Shown: in pieces, positions 34,741-44,251 of the stretch
Numbering within the stretch: position 1 is the stretch's first letter
Layout of the letters: every line of letters begins with the position of its first letter
Source of the DNA: Pirellulaceae bacterium
Lineage (GTDB): Bacteria; Planctomycetota; Planctomycetia; Pirellulales; Pirellulaceae
Direction of reading: 5' to 3'
DNA: 64,000 bases
Assembly: GCA_051004015.1 (NCBI GenBank)
Contig: JBPCKT010000135.1
Coordinates: forward strand, 6,598 to 70,597
Notes under the pieces: generated by a model
Seen by the model: only the letters and a program-made list of their open reading frames with translations
The model's database searches: none
What the model was told of the DNA's origin: nothing
Position numbers and translations under genes: made by a program

Positions 34741-36060
34741 ATGGTCAGCCCCGCAGTGGATTCGCCGCAAACTCCGCTGCCGCCCGCAGCCCAGCCCCGC
34801 CGCCGCTGGTATCAGTTCACGCTGCGGACCGCGGGTGTCTGGATGGTGCTGCTCTGCCTCCTCCTCGGCAGCTTCGCCTGGTGGCGCGACCGGGCCGAGC
34901 GACAGCGGAAGGTGGTGGAGGAGCTGAGGGCGCTGGGGGCGGACGTGCAGTACCGATACTTCTCACTTTGGGAAAAGCGCAACTTTGACCCATCGAAGGA
35001 GTTCTTTCCATGTACGCTCTTGCGACTCTGTTTGGGGGTCGATTTTATCTATGACGTTAGCATTGTCAATTTCACAAAACCGGCACCAATTCCAATCGCA
35101 ACGACCCAAGCGGCGATGGAGAGAATCAGGAAGCTTCCACACCTCGAATCTTTGGCGATTGATGGCGATGCTATTCGAGGGGCAGACCTCGATACGCTTC
35201 CGTGCCTCGAGTCGCTCAAGGTGCTCAGCATTTCATCGAGCCGCGCATCCGCAATAAGGGACTATCGAGGAGGGCTTTTCAAGGATGAGGATCTCATCCC
35301 GTTAGAAAAGGCAGGGAATTTGGAAGGGTTGGGCCTTTCTTACCAGCCAATCGGGGACGATGGCATGGCTCATCTCCGCAATTGCCGGAAGCTGGATATG
35401 CTGCTTATCAGCGGAACGAACGTCGGCGATGAAGGACTCAAGTACTTAAGCGAAATGAATGACCTCAGGCAGCTCGACATTTGCTACTCCCGAGTTACCG
35501 ATGGAGGTCTCAAGGCGCTTCGCCATTGCGATTCGCTGGTCGAAATCATGATGGGCGGCAACGAGATAACCGGAGCCGGATTTGCCGATTTGGGACCAAA
35601 ACCAAAGCTTCGGTCTCTGATTACTTATTCAATGCCTATCAGCGACAGCGCTTTGCCTCACCTGGCGCTGTTTCCCAATCTTGAGCTCCTGATGTTAAAC
35701 AACACTCACGTTTCCGGCGCGGGACTCTCAAGCCTCAAGGGCCTTCCATCTCTCAAGGCAGTATTGGTCGGCAATTGCCCTATCACAGATGAAAACATTG
35801 CCGACTTTCAAATTCCCGAGGGATGGACGTCCATCACTCTGAGCAGTACTGAAATCACCGACGCCGGAATTCGCCGGCTGAAATTCCCGGATAGCATCGT
35901 TGAAGTGGACCTGTCCGATACGACAATCACCGATGCCACGCTCGATCACCTGGCTCGATTACCTAATCTCATTTCACTAGATGTCGCATTCACGTCTGTT
36001 ACTCCGTCGGGACTCACTCGCTTTCAGCGAAGCCGCCCCAATTGCGAAGTAAAAAAGTAG
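34741..36060 (+). CDS. Leucine-rich-repeat protein with an N-terminal membrane anchor
   Basis: RRRWYQFTLRTAGVWMVLLCLLL anchor, then roughly 24-residue LRRs (L..L..L.L..T.ITD.GL..L). Visibly lower GC than its neighbours. Confidence 0.85.
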   Translation: MVSPAVDSPQTPLPPAAQPRRRWYQFTLRTAGVWMVLLCLLLGSFAWWRDRAERQRKVVEELRALGADVQYRYFSLWEKRNFDPSKEFFPCTLLRLCLGVDFIYDVSIVNFTKPAPIPIATTQAAMERIRKLPHLESLAIDGDAIRGADLDTLPCLESLKVLSISSSRASAIRDYRGGLFKDEDLIPLEKAGNLEGLGLSYQPIGDDGMAHLRNCRKLDMLLISGTNVGDEGLKYLSEMNDLRQLDICYSRVTDGGLKALRHCDSLVEIMMGGNEITGAGFADLGPKPKLRSLITYSMPISDSALPHLALFPNLELLMLNNTHVSGAGLSSLKGLPSLKAVLVGNCPITDENIADFQIPEGWTSITLSSTEITDAGIRRLKFPDSIVEVDLSDTTITDATLDHLARLPNLISLDVAFTSVTPSGLTRFQRSRPNCEVKK

Positions 36061-36144
36061 ATTCGCCACCTTCGCGCGCCGTGAAGTGTTAAAATGCGTT
36101 ACACTCCGCAGGAATATCTTTAGGCGTCCCTCCAATTCCCTCCC

Positions 36145-37404
36145 ATGTTCCCCACCTCCCACCTCTCCCGCCGCGCCCTCCTCAAGGGCCTGCTGCTGAC
36201 CGCGGGGGGCTCGGCGGTGATGAATTGGGGGAGCTTGACGGGGCTGCCGGCATTGGCGGAGGAGGTGAAGAGGAAGCGGAAGCATTGCATTTTGCTGTGG
36301 ATGAACGGCGGGGCGAGCCAGTTTGAGACGTTTGACATGAAGCCGGGGCGGGAGACGGGAGGCTTGTTCCGGCCGATTTCGACGAATGTGGCCGGGACGC
36401 AGGTTTGCGAGCTGATGCCCAAGATGTCCCGGATGATGGACAAGATTGCCGTCATTCGCTCGATGCGGACCAGCGAGGTGGACCATCCTGGCGGCATCTA
36501 TCTGATGCACACGGGGTATCGGCCGGCGGCGAATGTCCGCTTTCCGGAGTTCGGGGCCATCGTCGCCAAGTACCAGGGGCAGGAAGGGGCCGACCTGCCG
36601 AGCTTCATCCGGGTCTTCACCCAGGCCCACGCCGGCAGCGGGTTTTTGGGGCCGAAGTATCAGCCGTTCGACATCGGGCCGGAAGGGAGCCTGCCGCCAT
36701 TTTCCGCCTCGGGGATGGAAGCTCCGCTGGAAGCCCGCCGCCACGAGTTGCGGTCGTTCCTGGAAGATCGCTTCGCCGCCGAACACAAAGCCTACGTCAG
36801 CCGCATGCACCGGGAAGCGTATGAGAGTGCCCGCCGGCTGCAGAGTGCCCGCGAGGTTTTCAAAATCGACCGGGAGTGGGAACAGGACCGCGACCTGTAC
36901 GGCGACAGCGAATTCGGCCGCCGTTGCCTGCTGGCCCGCAAGCTGGTGGAGCACGGGGTCTCGTTCATCGAAGTGAGCCAGAGCAGCTACGACTCGCACG
37001 CGGACAACTTCGCCTGGCACAAAGGACTCGTTCCGCCGATGGAGCACGCCTGGGCCGGCCTGCTGACCGATTTGCAGCGACGGGGGCTCCTCGACGACAC
37101 GCTCGTCGTTTGGACCGGCGAAATCGGCCGCACGCCGCAAATCAACAACCGGGCCGGGCGGGACCACTACGTCCGCTCCTGGACCACCGCCCTCGCCGGC
37201 TGCGGCATCAAAGGCGGGGCGGTCTACGGGGCCTCCGACGAGGACGGGGCGGAAGTGAAGGACAACCCGGTCACCGAAGGGGACTTTTTCGCCACCATCT
37301 ATCATGCCCTGGGCATCGACCCCAAAACGGAAAACTACGCCGGCGTGCGGCCGATACCGTTGGCGCCGTTTGGGTCGAAGGTGGTGGAGGAGCTGTTTGG
37401 GTAG
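36145..37404 (+). CDS. DUF1501 (sulfatase-fold) protein with a Tat-type signal
   Basis: SRRALLKGLLLTAGGSAV, CILLWMNGGASQFETFDMKP, HYVRSWTTALAGCGIKGG. Confidence 0.9.
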   Translation: MFPTSHLSRRALLKGLLLTAGGSAVMNWGSLTGLPALAEEVKRKRKHCILLWMNGGASQFETFDMKPGRETGGLFRPISTNVAGTQVCELMPKMSRMMDKIAVIRSMRTSEVDHPGGIYLMHTGYRPAANVRFPEFGAIVAKYQGQEGADLPSFIRVFTQAHAGSGFLGPKYQPFDIGPEGSLPPFSASGMEAPLEARRHELRSFLEDRFAAEHKAYVSRMHREAYESARRLQSAREVFKIDREWEQDRDLYGDSEFGRRCLLARKLVEHGVSFIEVSQSSYDSHADNFAWHKGLVPPMEHAWAGLLTDLQRRGLLDDTLVVWTGEIGRTPQINNRAGRDHYVRSWTTALAGCGIKGGAVYGASDEDGAEVKDNPVTEGDFFATIYHALGIDPKTENYAGVRPIPLAPFGSKVVEELFG

Positions 37405-37408
37405 ACCG

Positions 37409-37417
37409 TGGTATAAT
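37409..37417 (+). promoter_or_regulatory. Extended -10 box TGGTATAAT; candidate promoter of a leaderless transcript
   Basis: A perfect TGnTATAAT lies 5 nt after the DUF1501 stop. The ATG at 37424 begins 7 nt after the -10, which is the expected transcription start distance. No good -35. Confidence 0.4.
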
Positions 37418-37423
37418 GAAGAG

Positions 37424-37708
37424 ATGCCATTTGCACCCCAGCAAGATTGGACCGCCTTTGCCGTCCAAACAGCCGCAGAAGAATCGGCCTGGATACGGGG
37501 TCTAAAAACGGAGGAGCGTTTCGCCTTGTATGCGGACCTGTTCGGGGTCATTTGGAAGGCGCGACAAAATCGGCTCCCCGGAGACTGGGATGAACTAGAC
37601 GAGTGGAGTTGGCAACAAAAGCTTTCCGTCCACCAGCGGTGTGCCAGCGCGTACAGGAAATTGGATGAATTCCAGCATGCACGAGCCGCTGCAACAAACA
37701 CTGTTTGA
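37424..37708 (+). CDS. Hypothetical small protein (94 aa)
   Basis: The ATG at 37424 follows the TATAAT box. Acidic and Trp-rich helical sequence. No family recognised. The ORF-track start at 37304 overlaps the DUF1501 C-terminus. Confidence 0.45.
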   Translation: MPFAPQQDWTAFAVQTAAEESAWIRGLKTEERFALYADLFGVIWKARQNRLPGDWDELDEWSWQQKLSVHQRCASAYRKLDEFQHARAAATNTV

Positions 37709-38246
37709 TGCGGTCAAGTTTCTCGATGCCGAGCGAGTGCCGTACGCCTTGATTGGAGGCCTGGCGGTTTCGTTGCGAGGCCAACCCCGCATGACGGCGG
37801 ACGTCGATCTGGTCATTCACGCGGACGTGCCCCGCTCTTTGGCGTTAGCGAGAGGATTGGAAGGGACGGATTTTAAGCCGCTCTTTGACGACGTCGCCCA
37901 AGTCATTCAGAAGTCCTTCATTTTGCCTCTCCGGCACCGGACCACCAGCGTGAAAGTTGACCTTGCACTGGGCCTCTCTGGGTTTGAACAGCAGATCATG
38001 TCCCGTGCGGAGCGGCTTTCGTTGGCGGGGACCGAGATTGCAGTTGCCACGGCCGAGGACCTGTTGATCATGAAGATTCTGGCGGGAAGGCCGCAGGACG
38101 AACAAGATATTCAGGGGCTGATGATCGCCCAGGGCAAGAATTTGGATTGGAAGTACTGTACGGATCTCGCCGCACAACTAGGCAAGGCGCTGGGCCAGGA
38201 TCTGGCGACTCGCATCACTTCGCTTCGAACCAAGTCAAATGCATAG
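37665..38246 (+). CDS. Nucleotidyltransferase-fold protein, MNT/AbiEii/DUF6036-like
   Basis: ATG at 37665 lies 6 nt after AGGAAA. YALIGGLAVSLRGQPRMTADVDLVI (GS-x-SD-x-D-like NTase motif). AEDLLIMKILAGRPQDEQDIQGL. Overlaps the upstream ORF by 44 nt. Confidence 0.6.
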   Translation: MNSSMHEPLQQTLFDAVKFLDAERVPYALIGGLAVSLRGQPRMTADVDLVIHADVPRSLALARGLEGTDFKPLFDDVAQVIQKSFILPLRHRTTSVKVDLALGLSGFEQQIMSRAERLSLAGTEIAVATAEDLLIMKILAGRPQDEQDIQGLMIAQGKNLDWKYCTDLAAQLGKALGQDLATRITSLRTKSNA

Positions 38247-38266
38247 ACCAAGAGCCAGTCGTTCTC

Positions 38267-39454
38267 ATGCTCACTCCCACTCTCCAATATCAGCTCACCT
38301 TCGAAGGCCTTTGGCCGAGTGCCGTTTCGTTTCTGGATTCGTCCCGCAAGGTCGCGGCTGGAAATCAGAAGGGGGAGATTTACGTTTGGGAGTTGCCGGA
38401 GACGCCGCCGGAGATTCCTGCCGAGGAGAAGGAGAAGAACAAAGAGCGGAAGGCACCGAACTTCAATCCAGCGCGGCGGCTGGAGGGGCATACCAACGCC
38501 ATCTCGCGGCTGATTTACGATGCGGCCCGCAAACAGCTCATTTCCAGCAGCTTTGATCACATGATTCGGCTCTGGGGTATCGAAGCAGCGCCGACCGGAA
38601 CAGCCGAGGCGATTCTTGACGGCGATACTCGCAAGGAGCAGTTCAAACGGACCAAGAAGGAAGAACTGCTGAAGGCCCCCGGCGTTCCCGTGCAGACCGT
38701 AGTCCCGACGAAGACGTTGGAAGCACATCAGGATTGGATTATGGCTTTGGCCATGACCGCCAGCGGCAATCGGCTCATCAGCGGAGACTCGGCATCACAA
38801 GTCATCGTGTGGGACTTGGATAAGAACGAGCCGTTGTCGAAGTGGAAGGGCTATCCCTGGAATTGGATCGTGGCGGCGGACCTCATGGCGGATGGCCAGA
38901 CGGCGCTGGTCTCCGAATATCGCTACAAGCGGGATGACTTCGACATCCCGGCCGCGGCTCTCAAACTCTGGCACACCGTGGACGGAACCGAAAAGCTCGA
39001 CCTGCTGAAAGTGCAATTCCCCAAGCTCAATCCGCAGGGCCGCACGTACGGCGACGGCCAACTTTGGAGCAAGTTCGTCGGTGTCGGCCTTGTGGCGGCT
39101 GGATTCTCGCCCGATGGAAAGCAGGTCGCTGTCGGGCAAGGAGGCGAAACCGATACGGGCAAGGTCCATCTGTTGGAAACCGAAACGGGCAAGCTCAGCA
39201 AAACAGTTTCCGGCCATCAGTATGGTGTCACCGCCCTCGCCTACTCCAAAGACGGCCTGCACCTCTTCACTGCCGGCCGGGATACCTGCATCCGCATCAT
39301 CCAGGTCGCCGACGGCAAGGAAGTCGCCGTCCTCGGCTCCCCGCGCGGCGGCCAGTTCAAGGACTGGATTTCCGCCATCAGCCTCTCGCCGGATGAAACC
39401 CACCTCGCTGCTGCGGATATTGCCGGGCAGGTGGGGGTGTGGAAGCTCAAATAG
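38267..39454 (+). CDS. WD40-repeat protein
   Basis: ATG at 38267. Repeats GHTNAISRL...IRLW, AHQDWIMAL...VIVWD, GHQYGVTAL...IRII, ...VGVWKL. Confidence 0.85.
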   Translation: MLTPTLQYQLTFEGLWPSAVSFLDSSRKVAAGNQKGEIYVWELPETPPEIPAEEKEKNKERKAPNFNPARRLEGHTNAISRLIYDAARKQLISSSFDHMIRLWGIEAAPTGTAEAILDGDTRKEQFKRTKKEELLKAPGVPVQTVVPTKTLEAHQDWIMALAMTASGNRLISGDSASQVIVWDLDKNEPLSKWKGYPWNWIVAADLMADGQTALVSEYRYKRDDFDIPAAALKLWHTVDGTEKLDLLKVQFPKLNPQGRTYGDGQLWSKFVGVGLVAAGFSPDGKQVAVGQGGETDTGKVHLLETETGKLSKTVSGHQYGVTALAYSKDGLHLFTAGRDTCIRIIQVADGKEVAVLGSPRGGQFKDWISAISLSPDETHLAAADIAGQVGVWKLK

Positions 39455-39567
39455 GGTTCCCTGCCAGCACCTTTCCCTGTTTCATCTGTGGCAGTCCGCC
39501 CCACTTTTGCCTACAATAAAGGGTGCGGGAGCCCCCGCGAGGAAGCCTCTTTGGAAGGACGGAAGTC

Positions 39568-41085
39568 ATGGCTCAGGCACTCTCCAAGCTGATTTTTTGC
39601 GCCGTGGTGGCGGCGGCAATCGGGGTCATAGGGCCGCTGGCGGCGATGGGTGCCGCTTGCCCGTTCTGCTCGGCATCCGCTCAGACGTTTTCCGAGGAAA
39701 TCGGCACGATGGACGTCGTCGTGATTGCCCGGCTGGTGGCGCTCCCTCCGAAGAAGGACAAGGAAGACGGTTTTGGCTCGGAAGTCCCCAAGGCTAAGTT
39801 CGAGATCGATCGAATCATCAAGGGAGATCCCCTGGCCAAGCCCAAGGAAACCATCGAAACCCTGTACTTCGGCGATGCCAAGCCGGGCACGGCATTCTTG
39901 GTGATGGGAATCGACCCGCCCAACGTGATGTGGTCCACGCCGCTGCCGCTGTCGGATCGGGCGCAAGAGTACCTTGGCAAAATTATCAAGCTCCCCCGCG
40001 AGGGAGTCGAGCGGTTCACCTTCTTCCAGAATTTCCTGGAGGACACGGACGAGATGTTGGCCCGCGACGCTTACGATGAATTCGCCAAGGCTTCCTACGA
40101 CACGATCCGCACCCTCAAGGATCACATGGATCACGACAAGCTCGTCGGCTGGATCAAAGATTCCAACATCCCCGCCAGCCGCCGCCGTTTGTACCTCGTG
40201 ATGCTGGGGATCTGCGGCAGCGAGGACGATCTGCCGATGCTGGAGAAATTTATCAAGTCGGAGGACCGGAAAGAGAAGCAGGGGCTGGACGCGCTGATTG
40301 CCTGCTACATAACGCTCAAGAAGGAAGCCGGCCTGCCGCTGATTGAAGAGCTGTTCCTGAAGAATAAGAAGAGCGACTACGCCGATACCTATGCCGCCAT
40401 CATGGCCCTGCGGTTTCATGCCAGCGAAGGGAAGGTCGTCGAGAAGAAACGGCTGCTGGAAGGTTTCCACTACATGCTCGAGCGGCCGGAGCTCGCGGAC
40501 CTGGTGATTCCCGACCTGGCCCGGTTCGAGGACTGGGCCCCCATCGACAAGCTGTTCGACCTCTACAAGAAGGCGGACGAGAAGACGAGCTGGGTGCGCG
40601 TGCCCGTGGTCAACTACCTGCGTGTCTGCCCACTGCCCAAGGCGAAGGAGCTGCTGAAGGAATGCGAGAAAATTGATCCGCAGGCGGTGAAGCGGGCCAA
40701 CACGTTCTTCCCCGCCACGCCGGCCACCCAGCCGGTTGATCCGAACAAAGCCTCGCGGGTGAATTTCCCGAAAAAGTTGCATGAAAAATCGGGCGGGCCG
40801 AGCGATGCCCAGCCGGTCGTCTTCCAGGCCCCGATTCCGCAGCCGGACGAAGAATCGGGAATCGGCCCGGGGGATTCCGCTTCCGCCAAGCCCCGCCCGC
40901 TGCCGGCCCTGGACGCGGCCGGACTGGCCAGCATTAACAAAGGGGCGGCGCCGGCCAAGGCGTTGCGGCAAAACCCCCTGATGGTCCCGAACCTGTGGCA
41001 GCTCATCGGCGTACCAGTCGGTGCGGGGCTGGCGCTGCTGTTTGTGCAGTGGTCCATCCTGCGTGGCGGCGTCCGGAAGAGATAG
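39568..41085 (+). CDS. Hypothetical secreted, C-terminally anchored protein with an N-terminal CPFC motif and a helical-repeat body
   Basis: ATG at 39568. Signal peptide followed by ACPFCSA. C-terminal TM helix LWQLIGVPVGAGLALLFVQWSIL. No family recognised. Confidence 0.75.
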   Translation: MAQALSKLIFCAVVAAAIGVIGPLAAMGAACPFCSASAQTFSEEIGTMDVVVIARLVALPPKKDKEDGFGSEVPKAKFEIDRIIKGDPLAKPKETIETLYFGDAKPGTAFLVMGIDPPNVMWSTPLPLSDRAQEYLGKIIKLPREGVERFTFFQNFLEDTDEMLARDAYDEFAKASYDTIRTLKDHMDHDKLVGWIKDSNIPASRRRLYLVMLGICGSEDDLPMLEKFIKSEDRKEKQGLDALIACYITLKKEAGLPLIEELFLKNKKSDYADTYAAIMALRFHASEGKVVEKKRLLEGFHYMLERPELADLVIPDLARFEDWAPIDKLFDLYKKADEKTSWVRVPVVNYLRVCPLPKAKELLKECEKIDPQAVKRANTFFPATPATQPVDPNKASRVNFPKKLHEKSGGPSDAQPVVFQAPIPQPDEESGIGPGDSASAKPRPLPALDAAGLASINKGAAPAKALRQNPLMVPNLWQLIGVPVGAGLALLFVQWSILRGGVRKR

Positions 41086-41102
41086 TGCGGAGGAGATCAG
41101 GA

Positions 41103-41819
41103 ATGAGCGGCACGCTGGAAAAAATCAAACCATCGCTGGAGATGCAACCGGCGTTCAGCGAAACGGCGCATTATCGCACCATCAGCCGCTCCGCGGTCAT
41201 CGCGCTCATTCTCTCCATCGTCTCGCTACTGGCCTTTTTCGTCTCCTGGATGCTGGTGCTGCCCGTCGTGGCCCTGGTGCTGGGGCTGACGGCTCTTTCG
41301 ACCATCCGCCGTTACCCGGAGGAATACACCGGCGCGGGGGCGGCCCTCGCCGCGATCGGCATCTCCACCGGCGCCTTCCTGCTGGCCGCCACCTGGCACA
41401 CGGTGGATTACGTCACCGAAGTTCCGGAGGGCTATTCCCGCGTCAGCTTTTCTGAGCTGCAGCCGGACATGAAGAATCCCAATTCGCTGATTCGCAACTT
41501 GGACGCGATCTTGCCCAAGCGGGCCGCCGAACTCAACGGCCAGCCGGTCTTCATCAAGGGGTACATGCATCCCGGCGTGGCCACGATGGGAAAGGTGGAC
41601 CATTTCATCCTCGTGCCGGACATGGGAACCTGCTGCTTCGGGGGTCAACCGAAGGCGACGGACATGATCGAGGTCAAGATCAAGCCGGACGCCTCGCGGG
41701 TGAAATACTCCACCCGCACGGTCAAGCTGGCGGGCAAGTTCGTCCTGGCGGAACGATCCTCCGAATTCGGCGACCTGCATTCCGTCGTCTATCATCTCGA
41801 AGCCGACGTGGCGAAATAA
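41103..41819 (+). CDS. Membrane protein with two TM helices and a DUF3299-like C-terminal domain
   Basis: ATG at 41103. GQPVFIKGYMHPG...VDHFILVPDMGTCCFGGQPKATDMIEV matches my memory of the DUF3299 pattern. Confidence 0.7.
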   Translation: MSGTLEKIKPSLEMQPAFSETAHYRTISRSAVIALILSIVSLLAFFVSWMLVLPVVALVLGLTALSTIRRYPEEYTGAGAALAAIGISTGAFLLAATWHTVDYVTEVPEGYSRVSFSELQPDMKNPNSLIRNLDAILPKRAAELNGQPVFIKGYMHPGVATMGKVDHFILVPDMGTCCFGGQPKATDMIEVKIKPDASRVKYSTRTVKLAGKFVLAERSSEFGDLHSVVYHLEADVAK

Positions 41820-41828
41820 TTCCCGCCT

Positions 41829-41933
41829 CGTTCCCACGCTCCGCGTGGGAACGCACGTCTTGGACGCTCCGCGTCCCTGCCAGCGGAGACGCAGAGCGTC
41901 AAGAACGTGCGTGACGACGCAGAGTGTCGTCAC
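41829..41933. repeat. Array of four short hairpins with a conserved GC(A/T)(G/C)(A/C)G loop core
   Basis: CGTTCCCACG/CGTGGGAACG (41829-41853), GACG-CTCCG-CGTC (41863-41875), GACG-CAGAG-CGTC (41888-41900), GTGACGAC-GCAGAGT-GTCGTCAC (41911-41933). Confidence 0.8.
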
Positions 41934-42026
41934 GAGGACGTATTGCCGCCCATTTTCAGCCTTGGCCCAACACTTGCTCGCGGGTATTCTTCACGCTGGC
42001 AATGTCTTTCTCGCAAGGAGGCGAAC

Positions 42027-43673
42027 ATGTCCGCGCTCACGTTCCCGGCAACGGCTGCCGGTTTTTCGTCCGTTCCACTCATTTCCCCTATGCCTTCCCA
42101 CCGCATCGACCTGCTGGAGTACGGCATCTTCGCCCGGGGTGTGCTGCGGAACCCGTCTCGCGCCCTGCTCTATGAAGACGCCGTGCGGCATGACGAAGGG
42201 GTCATCACCTCGGCGGGGGCCATCGTTGCCCGCTCCCACGCCAAGACCGGCCGCAGCCCCAAGGACAAACGGCTGGTGGACGAGCCCGCCAGCACGAAGG
42301 ACATCTGGTGGGGGCCGGTGAACATCAAGCTCTCGCCGCAGTCCTTCCGCATGAACCGCAGGCGGGCCGTTGATTATCTCTCCACCTGTTCCCGCATCTA
42401 CGTCATCGATGGCTTCGCCGGCTGGGACCCGGAGCATCGCATCAAGGTCCGTGTTATCTGCTCCCGCCCGTACCATGCCCTGTTCATGCAGAACATGCTG
42501 ATCCGCCCCAGCGAGGAAGAGCTGGCGACGTTTGGAAAACCGGACTACGTCATCTTCAACGCCGGCGCTTTCCCCGCGGATGAAGAAGTGCCAGGCGTCA
42601 CCAGCGAGACCAGCGTCTGCTTGAATTTCGAATCAGGTGAATTCGTCATCCTGGGAACCGAGTATGCCGGCGAAATGAAAAAGGGGGTCTTCACCATCAT
42701 GCATTACCTGATGCCCAAGCGCGGCGTCCTGTCGATGCACTGCTCGGCCAACGAAGGCCAGGCGGGCGACGTGACCTTGTTCTTCGGCCTATCGGGCACG
42801 GGCAAGACCACGCTCTCCGCCGACCCGCGCCGCAAGCTCATCGGCGACGACGAGCATTGCTGGACGGAGAAAGGCGTCTTCAATATCGAAGGGGGGTGCT
42901 ATGCCAAGTGCATCAATCTGTCGGCGGAAAAGGAGCCGGAGATCTTTGCCGCCATCCGCTACGGAACCGTGCTGGAGAACGTAATTCTGCACCCTGAGAC
43001 GCGGGTGGTCGATTTCGCGGACGCCAAGCTGACCGAGAACACGCGGGCCAGCTACCCGATTGAATTCATCCCCAATGCCAAGATTCCCTGCCTCGGCGGG
43101 CACCCCAAGAACATCATCCTGCTCACCTGCGATGCCTTCGGCGTGCTGCCGCCGGTCAGCAAGCTCTCCCCCGAGCAGCTCATGTATCACTTCATCAGCG
43201 GCTACACGGCCAAGGTGGCGGGGACAGAACAAGGGGTGAAGGAGCCCGAAGCCACCTTCAGCGCCTGCTATGGGGCCGCGTTCCTGATCTGGCATCCCAT
43301 GAAATACGCCCAGCTTCTGGCGGACAAGATGCAGCACCACGCCGCCGGGGCCTGGCTGGTGAACACCGGCTGGACCGGCGGCAGCTACGGCGCCGGCAGC
43401 CGGATCAAGCTGGCTCACACGCGGGCGATTATCGACGCTATCCACAGCGGCGAACTGGCCAGAGCTTCCATGAAGGCCGAACCGGTCTTCGGCCTGTCCA
43501 TCCCCACCGCTTGCCCCGGCGTCCCCAGTGAGATTCTCTCGCCGAAGTCCTCGTGGCGAGACAAATCGGCCTACGACGCCACCGCTGCGAAGCTGGCCAG
43601 ACTATTCCGCGAGAACTTCGCGGACTATGCCGACCAGGCGACGGAGAAGGTGCAGGGGGCGGGGCCCGGATAG
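42027..43673 (+). CDS. pckA: Phosphoenolpyruvate carboxykinase (ATP)
   Basis: AAGGAGG at 42015-42021, 5 nt before the ATG at 42027. GLSGTGKTTLS, GDDEHCW, NTGWTGG. Confidence 0.95.
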   Translation: MSALTFPATAAGFSSVPLISPMPSHRIDLLEYGIFARGVLRNPSRALLYEDAVRHDEGVITSAGAIVARSHAKTGRSPKDKRLVDEPASTKDIWWGPVNIKLSPQSFRMNRRRAVDYLSTCSRIYVIDGFAGWDPEHRIKVRVICSRPYHALFMQNMLIRPSEEELATFGKPDYVIFNAGAFPADEEVPGVTSETSVCLNFESGEFVILGTEYAGEMKKGVFTIMHYLMPKRGVLSMHCSANEGQAGDVTLFFGLSGTGKTTLSADPRRKLIGDDEHCWTEKGVFNIEGGCYAKCINLSAEKEPEIFAAIRYGTVLENVILHPETRVVDFADAKLTENTRASYPIEFIPNAKIPCLGGHPKNIILLTCDAFGVLPPVSKLSPEQLMYHFISGYTAKVAGTEQGVKEPEATFSACYGAAFLIWHPMKYAQLLADKMQHHAAGAWLVNTGWTGGSYGAGSRIKLAHTRAIIDAIHSGELARASMKAEPVFGLSIPTACPGVPSEILSPKSSWRDKSAYDATAAKLARLFRENFADYADQATEKVQGAGPG

Positions 43674-43691
43674 ATCCAATCCTGGGCGAGT

Positions 43692-44240
43692 TTATTCCTC
43701 CTTTTTTTCCGGTGGAGCGGCACTGAATGTAACGGGACAAGAGTAAATGACCCGTCCGCCGGGGACCCGTAAGTCCTTGATTTTCATCGTCGCATCTCCC
43801 ACCCCCTGAGGCCGGATGGTCCCAGAGAGGCGGCATGAGCCTTGCTGTTTCTTCACAAGTCGAAGGTTGCCTATACCCACAATATGCAGCCCATTAGGCA
43901 TTTGCCTTTCAAACGTGACACTCAGCAATTCGGGCGGTTTCTGCTTCCCCACCCCCAGCTCCAGGTCCACGATATACCATTCGTGATAAACGAGCTCTTC
44001 ATTGAGTTTTGTTCCCTGAATGGTTTTATCGGGATCGAGGGTGAACGAGTGGAACTGAATCGTCCTCTTTGCCTTGGATCGAATGTCCCGCCGCTCCGCC
44101 TCCTCCCGCTTCTTGATCGTCTCGAAATCAAATTGATCAGCCTTGACACTGGGCCCCCGTGAGCAAGCAGGTAGAGCGCTGAGCAGAGCGATCAGTACGA
44201 CGAACCTAGCCGTTTTCGAATTCGATAGCACGTTTGTCAT
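43692..44240 (-). CDS. Hypothetical lipoprotein
   Basis: ATG at 44240. Lipobox LLSALPAC. A/T-richer than its surroundings. Last gene of the DUF1559 three-gene unit. Confidence 0.7.
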   Translation of the reverse strand: MTNVLSNSKTARFVVLIALLSALPACSRGPSVKADQFDFETIKKREEAERRDIRSKAKRTIQFHSFTLDPDKTIQGTKLNEELVYHEWYIVDLELGVGKQKPPELLSVTFERQMPNGLHIVGIGNLRLVKKQQGSCRLSGTIRPQGVGDATMKIKDLRVPGGRVIYSCPVTFSAAPPEKKEE

Positions 44241-44251
44241 ACGACCTCGTT

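Noticed and set aside
35977-37701. 574-aa minus-strand ORF
   Set aside because: Antisense shadow of the DUF1501 gene, which has a clear Tat signal and family motifs. The product is low-complexity and Arg/Pro/Gly-rich.
41845-42026. Upstream extensions of pckA (ORFs starting at 41845 and 41907) and minus-strand ORF 41226..41933
   Set aside because: They translate the hairpin array. The pckA homology and a perfect AAGGAGG RBS both point to the ATG at 42027.
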